Shown here: in pieces, positions 43,091-55,894 of the stretch
Layout: each line of letters starts with the position of its first letter
Position numbering within the stretch: position 1 is the first letter of the stretch
DNA from: the human T2T-CHM13v2.0 reference genome, Homo sapiens
Strand: one strand, 5' to 3'
NCBI RefSeq assembly: GCF_009914755.1
Contig: NC_060927.1
Length of the DNA: 64,000 nucleotides
Translations under genes and position numbers: made by a program
The notes under the pieces: model-generated
The model's database searches: none
Seen by the model: the letters and a program-made list of their open reading frames with translations, nothing else
What the model was told of the DNA's origin: nothing

Positions 43091-44825
43091 GTCAGGATAT
43101 AATCATGGAGAAATTGAGATGCAAGCCAAGAGTGCAAGGAAAGCAGCAAGAGGAACTCCATGCTGATATGAGGTACTTTGCTAAGAATCTTTTATTCCTG
43201 CCTTATATCTTCTCCTGTGCCTTTATAAAATAACTGACACATAAAAGGACTCCATAAAAGCATGAAGGAGAGTTTGATGACAATGTGATTCTTAAGGTGG
43301 GCTTAAGTGGGCAAGAAATATGAGGGATTCCATGCTTTTCACCAACAGTGTATTGGTCAACTATACTAAATTACTGGTGGTTGACAAGATATTGACTAGA
43401 TGACATTTCAATATCCCTGTGAATGCATCAAGTTAATTTTTAAGAGAAGGTATTGGATATCTATTTTGAGATTAACACTATATTCTGAATTCCAGAAACA
43501 TGTATATATATATGTAAACATATGGTATAACCTTTACCCACAAATTATTTATAATTTAATTGAGATGAAAAAATTGTAAGCATTGTCACAGCTGAGGGAT
43601 CATTCTTTTAGTAGCTATAGCTGCTTGAAATCTTGAGTAACTGCAAGAAAAAATGAGATTAGTATGCTTCTCAAAGTATTCATAGATTTTATTGCTGCCT
43701 TAATACCCACTGGCATTATGACAGCAGGTCATAACCTTTTTCAAGACTATCTTGAAAAAATTGTCACAAAAATTTTATTGATAAAAGTTTGTCCCTTAAT
43801 ATACTGTGCAAATGCTACACCTCCTCTCATAAAAATCTATACTGCATTGGTGGATAACCAGCAAGGTTTCTGATATTTTTTTTTTCCAGAGGGGTTGGGG
43901 TCTACTATCCTGTCCTTTTACTTTGCATAATCCAGTTCATCAACTAATGAATTGTAATCTTCCTAAAGTCCTTGTGTTCTTCCCTTCAAAGTCTGCAACC
44001 ATATGTTAAAATTTTTGAAATGCACAATTTTTATTTAGAGGCTGGACAAAATTAAGTTCCTCTCAAGAGAGGCATTAGCACTGAAGAAAATAGGTACAGA
44101 AAAGTGTATTCTGAAACACTTAGCCAGGAAACCAAAATAAAAAGAAAGCTAATTGTACAAAGTTACTGTTAAAAAGAAACAGATATAATAAATGCCTTCA
44201 AACAGATATAATAAGTGTCTTCAAAGTAGACGTTTATCCTTCTCAGCAGTCCACAGATGATATGATGGTTTCAGGGTACCAATGGCCCATTACTCTGCCA
44301 TCCTCAGGACTTCCTTCTCTGGATGCAGAATGGCTACTCCAGCTCCCACCATCACATCCCCATTCCACTGATTAGTAAGGGAAAGGAGGAAGGAACGTTT
44401 ACAGGACATACTCTTCTGTTTTACAAACATGACCCAACGTGTATACATCAGATGTTCAATTTTTTTTTTTTTTGTCAAAACCTAGTCACATAGCTAAATA
44501 CAGCTTCAAATGAGGCTGGAAAATGTAGTCTTTAGCTGGGATACCAAATGTCTATATTCTAGGACATAGTCATGGACATTATCATGGAGAAATTGAGATA
44601 CAATCCAAGTGCAGGGAAGCAGCAAGAGGGATTCCATGCACATATGAGGTATTTTTCTGAGAAGCTTTTATTCCTGCCTTATATCTTCTCTTGTGCCTTT
44701 ATAAAATGCCTGACACATAAAATGACTCCATAAATGAATGAAGGAGAGTCTGATGATAACTTGAGTCTTCTAGTTGGGCTTACGTGGAGCAAGAAATTGG
44801 AAGGATTCCATGATGTTCACCAACA
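43091..44825 (+). repeat. Dispersed direct duplication, ~257 bp (43091-43347 and 44569-44825)
   Basis: Roughly 85% identity by manual alignment; shared cttttattcctgccttatatcttctc. Confidence 0.93.
44177..44222. repeat. 23-bp tandem duplication
   Basis: aaacagatataataaatgccttc / aaacagatataataagtgtcttc. Confidence 0.85.
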
Positions 44826-44890
44826 TTTTTATTACTGTTGAAAAGAGGAAAAATGGTAATTGGAGAGACCACCAGTTGTCTCTGAAATGT
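44255..44890 (-). mobile_element. MLT1J-like LTR interrupted by the duplicated segment
   Basis: atggctactccagctcccaccatcacatcc and gaggctggaaaatgtagtctttagctggg; the terminal part resumes after 44826. Confidence 0.7.
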
Positions 44891-45144
44891 ACCATCATAT
44901 TTAACACCTCCTCTTCCCTTCCTTGGAGATTAAAGGCATCATGAAATCCTGTAGGATTTATCATCCAGACTTCACTTTCTTGTTTCTCCATCTTCAGATA
45001 TTTTAAATTATTAAAATATCTTCATAATTTACTTCACTTTATCCACTTTGGCTTCTTTACAATTAATTCTCTATTTTTCAAGGAACGTGATCTTTTCAGT
45101 ATTCAGATATATTCACCTTATCAATTGATACTAACTTTTCTTAG

Positions 45145-45285
45145 ATATAAAATACACAAACTCCACTAGGGTAAGAACAGTGTTTGTTTTGTTCAATATT
45201 ATATGTCCTGTACCTATCACAGAGTAAATGTACAAAAAAAATTTACTAAGTACGTTTAATAAATAAATCATTCAATGAATTTTTT
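45145..45285 (+). mobile_element. L2 3' end
   Basis: aaactccactagggtaagaac...tttgttttgttca...aatgaat. Confidence 0.6.
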
Positions 45286-47405
45286 TGACTTTGAGTACAG
45301 GAGAGAATCATGTATTCACACAGTAATTCTGGGAAAGATAATATAGTATTTGAAAGTGACTCCAATGAACATGAATTTGAGGCTATTTCTCCTAGAAAAA
45401 AATTTGGAGGGGGAAAGGGTTATGGTTAAATCAGTTAAGCTAATAGATAAAAGAGCCATAATTCTTAGAGAAAATGTAGTTGTTAGTCATTCCCTTTGAC
45501 CAGCTTCAGTGTTGCCTCAACTTTCTTGGTGAAATTTTCCATGCCCTTCTGAAGTATTTTGTCAACTGAAAGGACTCTTTCCATAAACTTCAGCATTTCA
45601 AAAATGAATTTATCTGGCAAGTACATTTTCACATATAAGAATTAAAGTGCAACATAAATCTTTTGATAGCCATATATCAACACATCTTTAATTAAAGAAG
45701 CCTCAGGTCACAAACATCTAGAGTTAATTTACTCTACAGAGTCTTATCTGATTTTCTAAAAATTTACATTGTCAGCAAAACTACTGTCCTTTGTTTAATG
45801 CACTTATAAACATTTCCAACTTATTTTTTTGGCAACCCTCTTTTTGTGTTTGTACATGAAATAAAATTATTTTACATACATGCTTTCTATGCTAACATTA
45901 GAGAGTAAAATTGTGTGAAAACGACTGCAGGGAATAGAGGAGTACATGATTCCCTATAAAGAATGTAATGCCATAGGCTAAGTATTATGTTTCTAAAATT
46001 CTACCTTTATTCTTGACAAATATAAATCCAGTAATAAAGATGACTCTTAGACTGTGTTGCAAATTCAGTTGACAATGATATTCATATTCTGACTCTGGGC
46101 TAATTTCTTGAGTTTAAAAATTATTTTTTCTTGTCTAATATAAAAGTTTAAGAGCAAGTGAATGCGCATACATATTAAAACTTGGCAGAAATAAGTATCA
46201 GATCTATATAGATTTAATCTTACTTCCTTCCAAGTTATTTTAAAGCAATCTTGATTCCACATATAAGATGGAGTAGTTTTTTTTTTATTAGGTAGTAACT
46301 TTTTCAGGTTACTTGAGAATAGTTATTATTATTTGAAAAAGTAATTTATTACTATCATATTGAAAAAGCATTTCTTAAGCAACTAATTATGCATAACTAG
46401 GCTAGGTGAGCACAGTTACAAAATGTAATTAATGAAACTACATAAATACAGGAAACTGAAAGAGTTAGGTAAAATATTAAATATATTAATATCAGGAAGG
46501 TTTTTCATCATGCATTGATTGAAGATTTGTCTACTAAGTGTATCACAAGGTAGGTCATGGGGCAGGATAGTCTGGGAGCATAGACAATTGGGATGGGGCT
46601 CAGATGAGTAATCATAGGTGTTTTTATTCCATGCAACAGGGAGTAGTAATCATGGAAGTGAGGGAGTCGACATGACGGTTCTTCTTGGGTTTAGTTAGAC
46701 TGCTAATATAATTTTACCAAATAGACAATTATCAGAAATAATTAAAATACCTTAACAAATGAGTTCAATATTTCAGCAGGTTTTCATGATTCTTTCCTAA
46801 CAAGAGTTCTTTTATACTGCCCGTAAAAATTGTTTATATATCCTGGCTTTTATTAAGTACTTATCTGAATATTAAAACATATTTCCTATCACTGCTTCAT
46901 GTATCCTTAAAATTTATCTGGTATCAATTTCCACACATTATTAAAATCTCCCTTAAATTCATTTTATATCAAAATTCAATTTTAGTCTTATAAAGGTTTT
47001 TAATAAAAGTGAACAATATTACCTTTAGTCTTATTTTTTGATCAGGATTTTAGTTTTGAAAAGCATTCAAGTTCCATTAATATAAAAGTAAAAAAAGAAA
47101 ATCAGAGTTCAGGCTTTTGGGTACAGCCAACTTCAAATATGTGAGTATGCTTTGACAATTACAATCACCCATATACTTATGTTTCTCTTCAGGCTAATCA
47201 ACAACTCCTCACACATACCATTGTCAGCATCATCAACCCATATTTATTGAGACAGAAATATGGAGCATTGTGAAAAACAATAGCAACTCAAAATGATATA
47301 TAATATCTTCCACAAGGTATTTAGAAATTTAAATATGCATTCCCTTTGTGGTTTCAGAGTTGTACAAAAATAAAAGAAAGAGTCATAGAGAGGAAGTATA
47401 AAAAC

Positions 47406-48160
47406 TGTGGCAAATATAATTGCTTGCCTACCACACAGCCTTCTCTTTTTCTTATCATCATAAATCCAATTTTGTTCAGCAGCAATGTGCCTGGATCCAA
47501 GGAAAAGTATCAGTTTTGCCCAGACTAGTGATCTTCATGAGACTTAGGAAGCTTCAAAGTCTTCATTGAGCAGGAGTTTCTGATCATAGCATCATACGTA
47601 TTAATCTTGGCCCCTCACAACTCATGTTCAACATTATGTTCCAGACGTGATAAAAATTTTTAAAAAATGCTGTTGGGTTTATGAATATCTTTTAGGGGGC
47701 AGTAACACTCTTAGTTGAGAAACAATAGTCTAAACTAATCATGCTAATCTTTTTTTTTTTTCTTTTTGCCAGTTTTTGGTCTAAGAGGACCAGTATGACC
47801 TACTTCTCACGAATTAGATATGCCAGGGTAACTCCCATGGTTTGTTTCCGGGAAATTTTTAATTTCCTAATGAAAGACATAGCATTGGAGAAAGAGCTTT
47901 GTCTTGCTCCTTTTCACTCTTCCAGCTTTGGATATTGTAGAGAAAGAATGAGATATCTGGAATATTAACAGTGGTCTTGTGACACTGAAGCAGAAAGCCT
48001 GACCATAAAAGGCACTCACACCAAGAATGACAGACTAGTATAAAACATCCTAGGCCCTGAGAAACATGGTGGAACTGCTGAAACATGCTGGGAAGATTGT
48101 AAAGGTTGTTATTGTTTACAGTTTAATTAGCAAAATATTCAGCTACTACAGAGTATCACA
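47406..48160 (+). mobile_element. MLT1 (I/J-like) LTR
   Basis: tgtggcaaa...tgcctaccacacagcc...tttgttcagcagcaatgtgcc. The right boundary is approximate. Confidence 0.55.
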
Positions 48161-48439
48161 ATGCAGAACATTTTAAAAGACCTACCCAATGCATTTTGTT
48201 GTGTTGAATATTTTCTTGCAGACTCCATTTTTAGGAAATTTCACAAATATAGTGGTCCTAAGAAGAATATTGTGGGAAGTCCACAATAAAAAGAAAGTAA
48301 ATTAAAACTATTTATTTTAAGAGTTCATGAAAATAGTATTTTGTGTAGAGCAGATGTAACTTAAAGGATGCCCTAGGGAAAACCTCAGCACACATCTAGT
48401 CCAGTTGTCATCATTTGCTTCTTTTTTATATATAACAGC

Positions 48440-48600
48440 CTAATCAAGTGGGACAGTGTCATCCTGAACACTTCTATGATATAGTACTTAACAACTTCCA
48501 AGGCATCCCATTGCATTTTTGGATAGCTTTCAGATTTGAAAATATGCCACATGTTCATTCCAAATCAGGCTCTCTACTGCTACTCCTGCATTGTTTCTAC
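48440..48600 (-). mobile_element. CR1/L3 relic
   Basis: acttccaaggcatcccattgcatttttggatagct resembles the L3 3' region. Confidence 0.45.
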
Positions 48601-49779
48601 ATCTGAAGCCCTCAAGAAAAAAAAATATATATAATCTCTTTTTTCTTGCTAACAGGGTCTAATTAGGCAAAGTTAACAATAGGAAGGAAAAGATAACCTG
48701 TGGGATGAAATTGAAATATGAGATGTCAGGAAATCCTAATGTGGCATAAATAGTTCTTGCTAAATGACCTTGTACATCTCCTGCTCAGCCTATTTGGTCT
48801 TCAACTTGCCATCCATTCTTTGCATATTTAGTACAATTAAACCTGCCATCCTCAAGCTCTAAAAATGAACAACACGCTCCATATGTTCATAGCTATTTTA
48901 CAAGGGACCAAAAAAATGGCAGACATCCATCCTTGTGTTCACGCCAAAGTGCAATTTGTCGATTGAAAGATATTAGTTGATACAGTGGAAATGGGCTGGA
49001 AAACCTCATTTGGCATGCCAACAGAGCTCTTATACAATGATCTCAAATTTTAAAAATAGACCATGGCCAACCTTCAACTCAGAAGTGACTTGGATCAGGC
49101 TATTTAGTGCTTATAAAACAGTGACTAAACATGTCATCAGATAAATCCTAAGCAATGTGCATGTAGTGTTCCACTAAAACAAATTCTGTTATTTTTGTTA
49201 TGCTTGCTTTTGTTTGTTACAGAAGAAAATTATTAGCAATCCCAGAAGGATATATTTCAACTTTTGTCAATTTGGGAATACATTGAGGTCTTAAGTTTTA
49301 TCATATTCAATTTTTGTATGTTGTACGGCGAGGGAAATTATTAATAGGAACAAATTTATATAAAACCATTTCTTCTGTTCCTGAAATAACTCATAATTTT
49401 CAATAACAAATAGAAGCAATCTACTGTGATGAATTTTAAATTAAAAATAGAAGTGGATCTTTAACTTGAGGTAATTGAAGTTGCTATCTAGGATTAGAAA
49501 ATATGATAAAACTGGATTTAATTTTCCCTCAAAAGAATGTTAACTTATATGTCATAAAAGAAAACGTTTTCTTTTGGTTCATAATATCTGGGAATTGGGG
49601 ATGTGGAGAGTATAGTTTGGAAGATGAGAGGAGATACTAACCATTACTAATATAGGATAGCTATTATATTATTGGTTTATCATTATAATTAAAGACAAAT
49701 AGTCACATTTGAAAGAAATGTTTATTAATAAACATACCCCCCATTATTACTGGAACCATGTATAGCATGGGTCATGGAA

Positions 49780-50010
49780 ACAAATTGACAAGAAGAAACC
49801 ACATAAAGGAATACACAGTCTAGAATTTTATTCTGTACTTAAGACAATGATCTGGATAGAATTAAGAGTAGATTGAAAATGACCTAAGAGTCAATGAACT
49901 TAAAAGTAGACCAGTAGATATTTTTTCAATTTGAAAAACAGAACAAAAGGATATTTTTTTTTAATGATTGGTGCCTCAGGACTTATCATGAGACAATATC
50001 AGAAATATAT
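49780..50010 (+). mobile_element. Old L1 ORF1 fragment
   Basis: agtagattg...agtcaatgaactt...gcctcaggac...gacaatatca. Confidence 0.55.
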
Positions 50011-50019
50011 TTGGGTTCA

Positions 50020-53000
50020 AGGGTGGAACAAGATGGCCAAATAGAACACTCCAGCAGTAGTTCCCCCAACAGGAGCACCAAATTGAACAACTGTCTGTAC
50101 AAGAAAGCACCTTCATAAGAATCAAAAATCAGGTGAGCGATTACAGTCCCTGGTTTTAACATCACATCAAGGAAAGAGGCAGTGAAGAGGGTAGGAAAGA
50201 CAGTCTTGAATTGCTAACACCACCTTTCTCACATCCATCAGCAGCAGCCACATGGCATAGAGAGAGTGTGTGCTTGGAGGAGAGAGAATGCAGTGACTGT
50301 GGGCTTTGCATTGGAACTCAGTGCTGCCTTGTCACAGTGGAAAGAAACATGGGGTGGAATTCAGTTGGTGCCCACAAAGGGAACATTTAGATCAGCCCTA
50401 GCTAGAGGGGAGGTGTCCATCCCAGCAGTCAGAACCTGAGTTCCAGCTAGCCCCACAACCATGGGCTGAATACCCTAGATTCCCATATAAACTTGAAAGA
50501 TAGCTAGGCCACGAGGCCTGCAATTCCTAGGGAGGTCTTGGCACTGTGTTGGGCTAGGAGCCAGTGGACTTGGAGTGCACATGACACCAGCCAGGGTGGC
50601 CAAGCGGGGAGTGTTTGCATCACCCCTTCCCCATCCCAAGGCAGGGCAGTTCACAGGTCCAGGAGAGACTCCTTCCTTCAGCTTGAGGAGAGGAAAGAGT
50701 AAAGAGGATATCCAAGTTGTCTTGTAATTTGGATACCAGCTTAGGCAAAGTATCCTAAGGCAAAATAGGGCACCAGGCAGAGTTCTAAGGCCCCCATCCA
50801 GGCCCTAGTTCCTGGATATTTTTAGACATACTCTGCCAGAAGGAATCCCACTGCCTTGAAGGGAAGGACCCAGTCCTGGTGGGATTCATCACCTGACTAA
50901 AGGGCCACTGGACCTTGAATAAACATCAGTGGTACCAAGGCAGTACTCACCACAGGCCTTGGGTGAGAGCCAGGGCCATGCTGGCTTCAGGTGTGACCCA
51001 GCGCATTCCCAGTGGTGGGGCCATGGGAAGAGATTTCTTCTGCTTGAGGAAAGGAGAGGGAAGAGTAAAAGAAACTTTGTCTTGCAGCTAGGACACCAGC
51101 TCGGCCACAGTGGGATAGGCCATAGTGGGCCACAGACTCCTGTGGCACATTTCTGCATCTGCCCTGCACCAGAGCCCCCTGCTGCCATGAAGAGACATAA
51201 CCAGGCCTGGAATCATTTACCACAAGTTGACTGAAGAGCCCTAGGGCCTTCAGTGAACATCAGTAGTAGTCAGGCAATACTTGTCACAGGCCTAGAGTGG
51301 TGGGGTCCATGGGAAGAGAATCCTTCCACATAAGGAAAGAAGGGAGAAGAATGGGAAGAAGTTTTTCTTGGGGCTTGGGTGCCAATGTAGCTGAACTAGA
51401 ATAAAGTCCCAAGTCGATCCCTAAGGTTTCCAACTACAGGCCTTGGCTCCCAGACAGCATTTCTGGACCTACCATGGGCCAGTGGAAAAGTTGCACCCCT
51501 GAAAGGAGGGAAACAAGCCTGGCTGGATTCACCATCTGCTTACTGAAGAGCCCTTGGACCTTGAGTGAGCATTAGTGTCAGCCAGGCAATGGCACCTGCA
51601 GACCTTGGGCAAGACCCAGTACTGTGCTAGCTTCAGGTAAGACTCAGCATAGTCCCAGTGGTGGTGGCCACAGGGGTGCTTATGTTACCCCTCCCCCAGA
51701 TCCAGGCAGTTCAGCTCAGAGAGAGAGATTCCATTTGTTTGAGGGAAAGTAAGGGAAGAGAACAAGAATCTCTGCCTGGTAATCCAGGGAATTCTCTGAT
51801 ATCTTACTCAAGACCAACAACACAATGCCTCTATGAACCTGTAAGAGTCACAGCATTACTAGGCTAGGGGTGACCCCTAATGCACATACAATTGCAGTAA
51901 CCAAAGATTTAGATCACAACACTGAATTCCCTTTGAATACCTGGAAAACTACCCAAGAAGGATGAATATAAACAAGCCCAGACTGTGAAGACTATAATAA
52001 TACCTAACTCTTCAGTGCCCAAACATCGATGAACATCCACAAGCGTCAAGACCATCCAGGAAACATGACCTCACCAAACAAACTAAATAAGGTAACTGTG
52101 ACCAATCTGTGACCTTTCAGACAGAGACTTCAAAATAGCTGTTTTGAGGAAGCTCAATGGAATTCAAGACAAGACAGAGAAGAAATTCAAAATCCTGTGA
52201 GATGAATTTAACAAAAAGATTGAAAATGGAAATTCTGAAGCTGAAAAATACAATTGACATACAAAGAATGCATCAGAGTCTCTCAACAGCAGAATTGATC
52301 AAGCAGAAGAAAGAATGAGCTTGAAGACAGGCTATTTGAAAATATACACAGTCAGAGGATAAAAAAGGAAATTTTTAATGAAGCACACCTACAGGATCTA
52401 GAAAATAGCCAAAAAAGGGAAAATCAAAGAATTATTGGCCTTAAAGAGGCAGTAGAGAGAGAGATCGGGGTAGAAAGTTTATTCAAACAAATAATAATGG
52501 AGAACTTTCCAAACCTAGAGAAAGATATCAATGTTCAAGTACAAAAAGATTATAGAACACCAAGCAGGTTTAACCCAAATAAGAATATCACAAGGCATTT
52601 AGTAATCCAACTCCCAAAGGTTGAGGATAAAGAACAGATTCTAAAAGCAGCAAGAGAAAATAAATAACATACAAAGGTGCTCCAATATGTCTGGCAGAAG
52701 ACTTCTCAGTGGAAACTTTACAGATCAGGAAAGAGTGGATGACATATTTAAAGTGCTGAAGGAAAACAAACAAACAACCCTTTATCCTGGAATCTAGTAA
52801 AAATATCCTTCAAACATTCAAACATGAAGGAGAAATAAAGATTTTCTGAGACAAGCAAAAGCTGAGGAGTTTCATCAGCACCAGAACTGTCCTACAAGAT
52901 GGTAAAGAGAGTTCTTCAGTCTAAAAGAAGAGGACATTAAGAAGCAATAAGAAATCACCTGAAGGTACAAGACTCAGCGGTAATAGTAGGTACACAGAGA

Positions 53001-53808
53001 AACACAGATTATAACTCTGTAACTGTGGTGTGTAAACTACTAATATCTCGATTAGAAAGACTAAAAGATGAACCCATCAAATATAATAATTACAAAAATT
53101 TGAAGACCTAGACAATATAATAAGATATAAATAGAAACAAGAAACAGTTCAAAACCAGGAGAGATAAAGTTAGAGTGTTTGTTAGTTATCTCTTTTTTTG
53201 TTTGTTAGTCCATTTGTTTGTTTTGGCAATCAGGGTTATGTTGTCATCAGTTTAAAATAATGGGTCATAAGATGTTATTTGCAAGCCTCATGATAACCCC
53301 AAGTCAAAAAACATACAACAGACAAAAAAATAAAAAGCAAGAAGTTAAAACATACTGCTAGAGAAAATCACCTTCACAAAAAGGAAGATAGGAAGGAAAG
53401 GAAAAGGGAAGAAAAGACCACGAAACACCCAGAAAACAAATAACAAAGTGGTAGGAGTAAGTCCTTACTTACCAATAACAACATTGAAAGTTAACGGATT
53501 AATCTCTTCTTTCAGAAGACACGGATTGGCTGAATGAATGGATTAAAAATAAGACCCAAGATTATATTGCCTACAAGAAAAACACTTAGCCTATAAAGAT
53601 ACACATAGACTGAAAATAAAGGGATAAAGATATTCCATGCAAATGGAAACACAAAAAAAGGGCAGGAGTAGCTATACGTATATCAGACAAAATAGATTTC
53701 TAGATAAAAACTATAAAAAGAGACAAAGAAGGTCATTATATGATGATAAAAGGGTCAATTCAGCAAGAGGATGCAACAATTGTAAATATACGTGTACCCA
53801 ACACTGGG
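50020..53808 (+). mobile_element. 5' half of an L1MA/L1M1-type element: 5'UTR, ORF1 relic and start of ORF2
   Basis: Starts gggtggaacaagatggcc (YY1 motif). Repeated UTR units; ORF1 motifs at ~52000-52960; endonuclease start at ~53450; ends abruptly. Confidence 0.88.
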
Positions 53809-54254
53809 CCAGGTGAGCAGCAGTTGAGCGAGCAAAGCTTCATCTGTATTTACAGCTGCTCCCCATCACTAGCATTACTGCCTGAGCTCTGCCTCCTGTC
53901 AGATCAGTGGTAGAATCAGATTCTCATAGGAGTGTGAACCCTATTTTGAACTGCATACAAGGGATCGAGGTCACAAGCTCCTTATGAGAATTTAAGCTTG
54001 ATGGTCTGTCACTGTCTTCCATCACCCCCTCATGGGACCACCTACTTGCAGGAAAACAAGTTCAGGGCTCCCACTAGTTCTACATTATGGTGAGCTGTAT
54101 AATTATTTCATTATGTATTACAATGCAATATTAATAGAAATAAAGTACAAAATAAATGTAATGTGCTTGAATCATCCCAAAACCATCCCCCTCACCCCCA
54201 TTCCATGGAAAAATTGTCTTCCATAAAACCAGTCAAAGACGTTGGGGACAGCTG
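53809..54254 (+). mobile_element. MER1A (hAT-Charlie), 5' end missing
   Basis: tgagctctgcctcctgtcagatcag, gcaggaaaacaag and the right terminus gttggggacagctg. Confidence 0.88.
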
Positions 54255-54994
54255 TTTCACTATGTCTTATAAGTTTTGGTATGTTGTATTTTGTTTTGAT
54301 TCTTCTCTAAGTGTTTTCTAATTTCCCTTGTAATTTCTTTCTTGATACATTGATTACTTTAGAGTGTGGTGTTTAATTTCTATAAATTTGTGAATTTTCC
54401 AGTTTTTCTGTTGTTATTGATGTATAACTTCACCCTATTGTGCTCACAGAAGATACTTTGCATGATAACAATGTTTTCTGATCTGTTGAAATTTAATTAG
54501 TGGCCTAACATGTTGGTTTACACTGGAAAATGTCCCAGCTGCACTTGAGACAATTTTATATGCTCCTGTTGTTGCTTACATCTGTTAGATCTAGTAGGTT
54601 CATTGTGGTTTAAGCCCTATGTCCTTACTTGCCTTTGGTGTGGTTTTTCTCTCCATTATTGACAATGGGTATTGATGTCTCCAACTAGTATTGTACAACT
54701 ATTCCTCCCTTCAATTCTATCAGTTTTTGATTTATATATTTTGATGGTCTGCTGTAATGTGTGTAAATACTTATAAATATTATGTCTTCTTGCTGTATTG
54801 AAATTTTCATTAGTATATAATGTCCTTCTTTGTCTCTTGTAATGTGTTTTAATTTAAAATCTATTTGGCCTAATTAATATAGCCACCCTTGCTCTCTTTT
54901 GGGTAACAGTTGCATGGAATATCTTTTTCCATCTTTCCACTTTCAATCTATATCTTTGGATTTAAATGGAGTCTCTTATAGACAAGGTATAGTT

Positions 54995-55292
54995 TTGTGT
55001 TTTTTGGTTTTCTTTTTAGATGGAGTCTCGCTCTGTCACCTAGGCTGGATTGCAGTGATGTGATCTCGGCTCACTGCAGTCTTCACCTCCCAGGTTCAAG
55101 TGATTCTTGTGCCTAACCCTCTCAAGTAGCTGGGATTACAGGCATGTGCCACCATGCCAAGCTAGTTTCTTTATAGTAGAACCGGGTTTCACCATGTTGA
55201 CTAGGCTTGTCTTGAACCCCTGACCTCAGGTGATCCACCCTCCTCAGCCTCCCAAATTGCTAGGATTACAGGCATGAGCCACTGTGCCCAAC
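54995..55292 (-). mobile_element. AluS (Sx/Sz-like)
   Basis: 16-bp TSD tagacaa(g/t)gtatagtt at 54979-54994 and 55293-55308. Confidence 0.95.
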
Positions 55293-55398
55293 TAGACAAT
55301 GTATAGTTGGTCATATGTTTTTATCCATTCTGCCAATCTTTTTATTGGAGAATTGAATCTATTTACACTTAAAGTAATTACCAATAAGTAGGGATTTT

Positions 55399-55894
55399 TA
55401 GTTGACCCTTGAACAACAATGGAGTTATGGGCACTAACCCCCCATGCAGTTGAAAATTTGTGTATAATTTTGACTCTACAAAACCTTAACTATTAATAGC
55501 TTAGTGTTGACTGGGAGCTTTACCAATAACATAAGCAATTAACACATATTTTCTATATTGTATGTATTGTATACTATATTCTAATAATAAAGTAAGCTAG
55601 AGAAAACAAAATGCTATTAACAAAATCATAAGGAAGTGAAAATATATTTAGTATTCCTTAAACGGAAGTGGAACATCATAAAGGTCTTCATCTTGGTCAA
55701 TTTCACATTGAGTAGGCTGAGGAGAAGAAAGAAGAGGGGATGGTCTTGCTGTCTTAGGCATGGCAGACGCAGAAGATGTGGACGAGGTGGAAAAGGAGAC
55801 AGGAGAGGCAGAAACATTTTGTGTAACTTTGAAAAACAATCTGCATAGGAGTGAACCTCAACAGTTCAAACCCGTGTTTTTCAAGGGTCAACTG
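55399..55894. mobile_element. Tigger2-derived non-autonomous element
   Basis: Terminal inverted repeats agttgacccttgaa...ttcaagggtcaactg followed by TA. Confidence 0.88.

Noticed and set aside
50850-51800. Spaced repeats that might suggest a CRISPR-like or novel array
   Set aside because: Long diverged units inside an L1 5'UTR, with no short identical repeats or unique spacers, in a eukaryotic context.
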